Positions 59,797 through 64,000 of a stretch of 64,000 nucleotides of DNA are shown piece by piece. This stretch comes from an uncultured Bacteroidales bacterium (GTDB taxonomy: Bacteria; Bacteroidota; Bacteroidia; Bacteroidales; UBA10428): NCBI GenBank assembly GCA_964618645.1, contig CAZUBW010000010.1, positions 282 through 64,281 on the forward strand, in the 5' to 3' direction. The position numbers and the translations under genes were made by a program. The notes below the pieces were generated by a model. That model made no database searches, had not been told where the DNA came from, and was given only the letters and a program-made list of their open reading frames with translations. Position 1 is the stretch's first letter, and the number at the start of each line of letters is the position of its first letter.

Positions 59797-60579
59797 ATGA
59801 GAATCGGAAACAAAACACTAGCAAATCTGGGGACCAGCTTATTATTGATCTCAGGCTTACTGGTCTCTTCGTGCATATCGCAGAACAAGGTGAAGCTTAT
59901 GCAGGAAAGCGTTGCAAAACAGGCATCCACTGAGTTTGCAAATATTAAAAGCACTACATACCGCTTGCAATCGGGCGACCATTTGTATATCGAAGTTTAC
60001 AGCGTTGACCCGAAAACGAGCAAGTTCTTTCAGACTGATTTTCCCGATCTGATGAATCCCACTTACCTTTATCTCAAAAGTTACTCGGTTGACGAGTTCG
60101 GTTATATTAACTTCTCGTTTGTCGACAAGATGTATGTTAAAGGACTCACTGTACCTGAAGTGAAGGAGCAGATACAGAAAACCCTCAACGAATATTTTAA
60201 GGAGTCAACCGTGGTGGTTAAACTCGTTAATTTTGAGGTTTCCGTAATTGGTGAAGTAAACGAGCCGGGAAGTTTCACCATTTATCGCGATCAGATCAAC
60301 CTTTTTCAGGCCATAGGCCTGGCCGGTGGTTTCAAGGAATTTGGTAATCCCAAAAGGGTTAAGCTGGTAAGGCAAACCCAAACCGGATCAACCACGGTTG
60401 AGCTCGATTTGTCGAAGGACAAAATCCTTGAGTCGCCATATTTTTATATGCAACCCAATGATGTGGTATATGTTGAGCCGCTAAATGCCAAGTCGTGGGC
60501 TTACATGCGGTTTCCCTACGAAACCATCCTTGTGCTGATATCCACGGCACTTGTGGGCTACAGTATATTTATTGAATAA
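59797..60579 (+). CDS. wza: polysaccharide export outer-membrane lipoprotein (Wza family)
   Basis: Lipobox LVSSC. Poly_export motif YRLQSGDHLYIEVYS. SLBB-like VSVIGEVNEPGSF...INLFQAIGLAGG. Confidence 0.88.
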   Translation: MRIGNKTLANLGTSLLLISGLLVSSCISQNKVKLMQESVAKQASTEFANIKSTTYRLQSGDHLYIEVYSVDPKTSKFFQTDFPDLMNPTYLYLKSYSVDEFGYINFSFVDKMYVKGLTVPEVKEQIQKTLNEYFKESTVVVKLVNFEVSVIGEVNEPGSFTIYRDQINLFQAIGLAGGFKEFGNPKRVKLVRQTQTGSTTVELDLSKDKILESPYFYMQPNDVVYVEPLNAKSWAYMRFPYETILVLISTALVGYSIFIE

Positions 60580-60615
60580 CCGGGTTTTCGGACTCACCAT
60601 ATCATTCGGGCAGGG

Positions 60616-63027
60616 ATGGCAGAGGAGCGTTTCGTCGATTTTGAACAGGAAGATGCTGTTGATATCAAATCATTTCTGATCAAGTGTTTCAGGCAGTGGT
60701 ATCTCTTTGCCGGGTTCCTGATCATGGCCCTGCTGTTGGCAACACTGGTCAATCAGTTTTCTGTGCCCGAGTACCGGGTCACTGCCAATCTTCTTATCCG
60801 TGATGAGGAAAACCCGCTTGACCCGCAGAAATTCATTGGTACTTCGCTTTACGGCAATCCTTATCAGTTGCAGAACGAGATTGGTATGTTGCAGTCGAAA
60901 AGCCTCACGCGCCGGGCCCTGGGTGAGCTCGATTTCTACGTGTCGTATTACCAGAAAGCCCGTTTTACCATAACAGAGCTATACAACCAAACACCTTTTC
61001 TGGTGGCATTTGATACTACTTTTCTTCAACCGCTGAACGTAGTATTCGATGTTGTTTTTACCCCCGACACACAGATGATTGTTACAGCATCAGCAGCGGA
61101 AGCCATTGGTTATCATTATATGCAACAGGCATCTTCGGTTGTGATCAACGGTTTCGAATTTGCCGATACACTGGCGTTTGGCGATCTAACGGGTAACCAG
61201 TACTGCCGGTTCAGGATCATTCCCAATTTCGGTATGCTGCATCTTATTGGTTCGGATCAGCGCTATTCTTTCCGGTTCAATAGCATGAGCCAGCTGATAA
61301 GTGCTTTCAGGGTAAGCGAGGTTGAGGCCACCAAAAACTCTTCTATCCTGAGCATTTCGCTCAGGTGTGGCAACGTGCAGAAAGGTGTTGATTACCTGAA
61401 CAAGCTAAACGAGGTTTTCCTGAAAAAGGGGATCGAGCGGAACGATAAAATTGCCTTGTCTACCATAAGATTTATCGACGAACAACTGAAAGGTATCACC
61501 GATTCGTTGCGTTATTCCGAAGACAGGTTGCAGCATTTCAGGTCGACCAGGGGTGCCACCAACATCGATTTTCAGGCTCAGCAAACTTACCAGCAAATGG
61601 AAGAACTGCAGGACCAGCAGGCCGAACTGATGGTGAAATCGAAGTATTATAGTTACCTGCGCGATTACCTGATGAAAAACAACCAGGTAGAAGATCTGAT
61701 TGCGCCTTCGTCAATGGATATCAGTGACCCGCTGCTCAACAGCCTGATTATCGAGCTTACCCGGCTTTATACTGAACGCACGGAGATGTCCTTCAATACC
61801 ATCAAGAACAATCCCTATCTTACCTCACTCGAAATGAAGATATCGGATATCAAGGCCAACTTGCTCGAGAATATCGACAACATCATCAAAGCCTCCGATA
61901 TTTCGCTGAAAGAGTTAAGCTCCAGGATAACCGATATTGAATCCACCATCAGCGCCCTTCCCGGAAGCCAGCGCGAATTGCTTGTCATTGAGCGCAAATT
62001 CAAGCTGAACGATGCCATTTATACCTACCTGCTTACCAAACGTTCGGAGGTGCAGATTTCCAAGGCTTCAAACATCCCTTCGAACGAGGTGCTCGACGGG
62101 GCTTCTGCTGACGATTATGTTAAGGTTAGTCCCAATGTACGTATGAATTATATCCTGGCCATGTTGATAGGGTTGTTTTTACCTGCGTTGTTGGTGTATT
62201 TCCGCGATTATTTCCGCGACAAGATAACCGATAGAAAAGAAATACAGCAGGTCACCGGTGTGGATATCATTGGCAACATTCTGCACAATCCCTACAAAAC
62301 AACCCTGGTTGTTCACGGTGAGCCCAATTCGATGATTGCGGAATCGTTTCGTACGTTACGTACTAATTTTCAGTTTTTTCCTGATTCAGGCGGCAAATAC
62401 GTTGTGTTGATCACATCGGTTATCAACGGCGAAGGCAAGAGCTTTACGGCTGTAAACCTGGGTTCGGTTTTTGCCAAGGGTGGTCATAAAACGGTGATTA
62501 TCGATTTCGACCTGCGAAAAGCCAAGATCAGAAAGTACCTCGATATTGATACCTCTGAGGGCCTGAGCAGATACCTGAGCGGTCGCGTTTCCCTCGATGA
62601 GATTGTATTTCCAACGGAAGTTGAGCTGCTTGATGTGATCCCGTCGGGGCCGATTCCACCAAATCCTCTCGAATTGATTTCATCAGACCATACCACCCGG
62701 TTGTTCGATGAGCTCAAGCAACGTTACCATGTGGTTATTGTTGATTCGCCACCCATTGCATTGGTCTCCGACAGCCTGCTGCTGCTCAGACATGCCAGTG
62801 TAAAGCTTATTGTGGCGCGGCAGCAATATACCCCCAGGTCGTTGTTTGTTTCGGTAATGGAAGACCTGGAAAAGCGGAAAGCAGGTCCTTTCCATGTTGT
62901 GTTAAACGACAATAAATCAGGTTTGAACGGTTATGGCTATGGGTATAATTACGGCTACGGCTATGGGCATGCCCCTGCAAAACGCGGGTTAATTCAAAGG
63001 ATATCCGGGCTTTTCTCACGGGGTTAA
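60616..63027 (+). CDS. wzc: polysaccharide co-polymerase / tyrosine autokinase (Wzc/GumC type)
   Basis: Wzz-like N-terminal TM and a long coiled periplasmic region with a second TM. Walker A SVINGEGKS, A' VIIDFDLRK, Walker B VVIVDSPP. C-terminal Tyr cluster NGYGYGYNYGYGYG. Confidence 0.9.
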   Translation: MAEERFVDFEQEDAVDIKSFLIKCFRQWYLFAGFLIMALLLATLVNQFSVPEYRVTANLLIRDEENPLDPQKFIGTSLYGNPYQLQNEIGMLQSKSLTRRALGELDFYVSYYQKARFTITELYNQTPFLVAFDTTFLQPLNVVFDVVFTPDTQMIVTASAAEAIGYHYMQQASSVVINGFEFADTLAFGDLTGNQYCRFRIIPNFGMLHLIGSDQRYSFRFNSMSQLISAFRVSEVEATKNSSILSISLRCGNVQKGVDYLNKLNEVFLKKGIERNDKIALSTIRFIDEQLKGITDSLRYSEDRLQHFRSTRGATNIDFQAQQTYQQMEELQDQQAELMVKSKYYSYLRDYLMKNNQVEDLIAPSSMDISDPLLNSLIIELTRLYTERTEMSFNTIKNNPYLTSLEMKISDIKANLLENIDNIIKASDISLKELSSRITDIESTISALPGSQRELLVIERKFKLNDAIYTYLLTKRSEVQISKASNIPSNEVLDGASADDYVKVSPNVRMNYILAMLIGLFLPALLVYFRDYFRDKITDRKEIQQVTGVDIIGNILHNPYKTTLVVHGEPNSMIAESFRTLRTNFQFFPDSGGKYVVLITSVINGEGKSFTAVNLGSVFAKGGHKTVIIDFDLRKAKIRKYLDIDTSEGLSRYLSGRVSLDEIVFPTEVELLDVIPSGPIPPNPLELISSDHTTRLFDELKQRYHVVIVDSPPIALVSDSLLLLRHASVKLIVARQQYTPRSLFVSVMEDLEKRKAGPFHVVLNDNKSGLNGYGYGYNYGYGYGHAPAKRGLIQRISGLFSRG

Positions 63028-63527
63028 CCTTGTGCATCCATATGATCAAAATCAGGCACATCGGGTAAAAAAGAATACTGCCCGCTGTCGATGTTTATGA
63101 AGCAACAGTAATGTTTCATGCCGTTGGTAATCAGCATATAGGGCGCTTTATGCGTATGGTTGTACCGGCCTGCCTGGTCAAATACCTGTTGGTTGATTTC
63201 CACCCCCGGCGCTTTACATTCCACAATCATCAGGGGGTGTCCTTTCCGGTCGTATACCAGCAGATCGTAACGCTGCCTGTAACGGTTTTGCCGGAACCCT
63301 TTTTCCACCGATAAAAGCTGTCCCGGAAAGTGTTTTTCAGCCACCAGGAAATTAATCATGTGCTGACGGACCCATTCTTCAGGCGTCAGCAACACAAACC
63401 TGCGCCTGATTTCGTCAAAAATGTATTTTTTCCCACGGTCTTCCTTTATCCTGAAAAAATATGTTGGTAAATTTAGCGGTTCCATTTGCCGGGGCTTTGT
63501 ATCAGTAAATATAAATATTTCATCCAT
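63024..63527 (-). CDS. HsdR_N-like (PD-(D/E)xK nuclease fold) domain protein
   Basis: 167 aa. The motifs RRRFVLLTPEEWVRQ, YDLLVYD and MIVECK resemble type I restriction enzyme R N-terminal domain proteins, which commonly sit next to holA in Bacteroidota. Confidence 0.6.
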   Translation of the reverse strand: MDEIFIFTDTKPRQMEPLNLPTYFFRIKEDRGKKYIFDEIRRRFVLLTPEEWVRQHMINFLVAEKHFPGQLLSVEKGFRQNRYRQRYDLLVYDRKGHPLMIVECKAPGVEINQQVFDQAGRYNHTHKAPYMLITNGMKHYCCFINIDSGQYSFLPDVPDFDHMDAQG

Positions 63528-63543
63528 TAATCCATCATCGACG

Positions 63544-64000
63544 ATGACTTTTGACGCAATAATGGCCGATCTGAAAGCCGGAAAATATAAGCCGGTATAT
63601 TTCCTTATGGGTGATGAACCCTATTTTATTGATGCCATTACCGATTATATTATTGCCAATGCCATAAGTGAAACCGACAAGGCTTTTAACCAGCTTGTGC
63701 TGTATGGGCGCGATACCGATATCGGCACGGTCATTGATGCGGCGCGTAAATTTCCCATGATGACCCAGCGGCAGGTAATTGTTGTGAAAGAAGCCCAGCA
63801 TCTGCGCAGCCTGGCCGGGCTGGAGAAATACCTGGAAGTTGTTATGCCTTCGACGGTGCTTGTTTTTGCCTATAAATTCAAAAAAATCGACAAGCGGACC
63901 AAGGTAGGCAAATTGCTGACTGAGAAATGCGTGTTCTTCGATGCCGATAAAATCAGGGAAGACAAGGTGCCGGCTTGGATAACCCAGTTAGTGAGCCAAC
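63544..64000 (+). CDS. holA: DNA polymerase III delta subunit, 5' partial (runs off the window)
   Basis: Manual translation gives MTFDAIMADLKAGKYKPVYFLMGDEPYFIDAITDYI...LYGRD...RKFPMMTQRQVIVVKEAQ, a typical HolA N-terminus. The frame stays open to the window end. Confidence 0.8.
   Translation, partial: MTFDAIMADLKAGKYKPVYFLMGDEPYFIDAITDYIIANAISETDKAFNQLVLYGRDTDIGTVIDAARKFPMMTQRQVIVVKEAQHLRSLAGLEKYLEVVMPSTVLVFAYKFKKIDKRTKVGKLLTEKCVFFDADKIREDKVPAWITQLVSQ

Noticed and set aside
63024-63027. Convergent genes sharing a palindromic TTAA, so that the two stop codons overlap (wzc TAA at 63025-63027; HsdR_N-like TAA on the minus strand at 63024-63026)
   Set aside because: It is real in the sequence, but it is a trivial consequence of compact convergent genes and gives no evidence of function.

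Overview
This 64-kb chromosomal window is from a Bacteroidota genome. Supporting evidence is a 286-aa primary sigma factor, TAnnTTTG-type -7 boxes, an STN/CarbopepD_reg TonB-dependent receptor followed by a DUF4249-like gene, no tuf between fusA and rpsJ, and no adk between secY and map.

**Layout**
- 1-2.1 kb: a low-GC islet with a small hypothetical protein and an AAA+/DUF4143-like ATPase.
- 2.1-7.5 kb: rpoD, a DMT transporter, a rhomboid protease and a large TPR protein.
- 7.6-13.7 kb: a tight four-gene operon of TonB-dependent receptor, DUF4249-like protein, MG2-like hypothetical and a small secreted protein.
- 13.9-14.8 kb: a Tat-signal sugar-phosphate isomerase/epimerase.
- 15.3-33.3 kb: the complete uninterrupted ribosomal superoperon, rpsL-rpsG-fusA-rpsJ...rplO-secY-map-infA-rpmJ-rpsM-rpsK-rpsD-rpoA-rplQ. 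rpmJ falls below the ORF-track cutoff. eno and gltA follow.
- 36.3-41.4 kb: a beta-propeller/Y_Y_Y SpoIIE phosphatase convergent with a hybrid histidine kinase whose ATPase motifs look degenerate.
- 41.5-44.2 kb: a membrane-protein/XRE pair and two secreted hypotheticals.
- 44.3-63.0 kb: a cell-envelope/exopolysaccharide region. It holds a TPR protein, a GT2 fused to a truncated phosphoglycosyltransferase-like scaffold, a solitary E2 acyltransferase, four tandem TPR-PD40 paralogues (two with OmpA domains), a GNAT, a triple-SPOR protein, Wza and Wzc.
- 63.0-64.0 kb: an HsdR_N-like gene and the start of holA.

**Main findings**
The most unusual signal not explained by genes is a family of modular intergenic elements built from tandem 7-nt units. 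Three homologous copies sit at about 4.2, 15.0 and 34.8 kb, with a variant at 13.75 kb. They share boundary and junction strings, keep a fixed orientation toward the downstream gene, and carry G-quadruplex/i-motif-type tracts. The four-paralogue TPR-PD40 cluster is the best protein-level candidate for an undescribed system. No rRNA, tRNA, CRISPR array or transposase was found.
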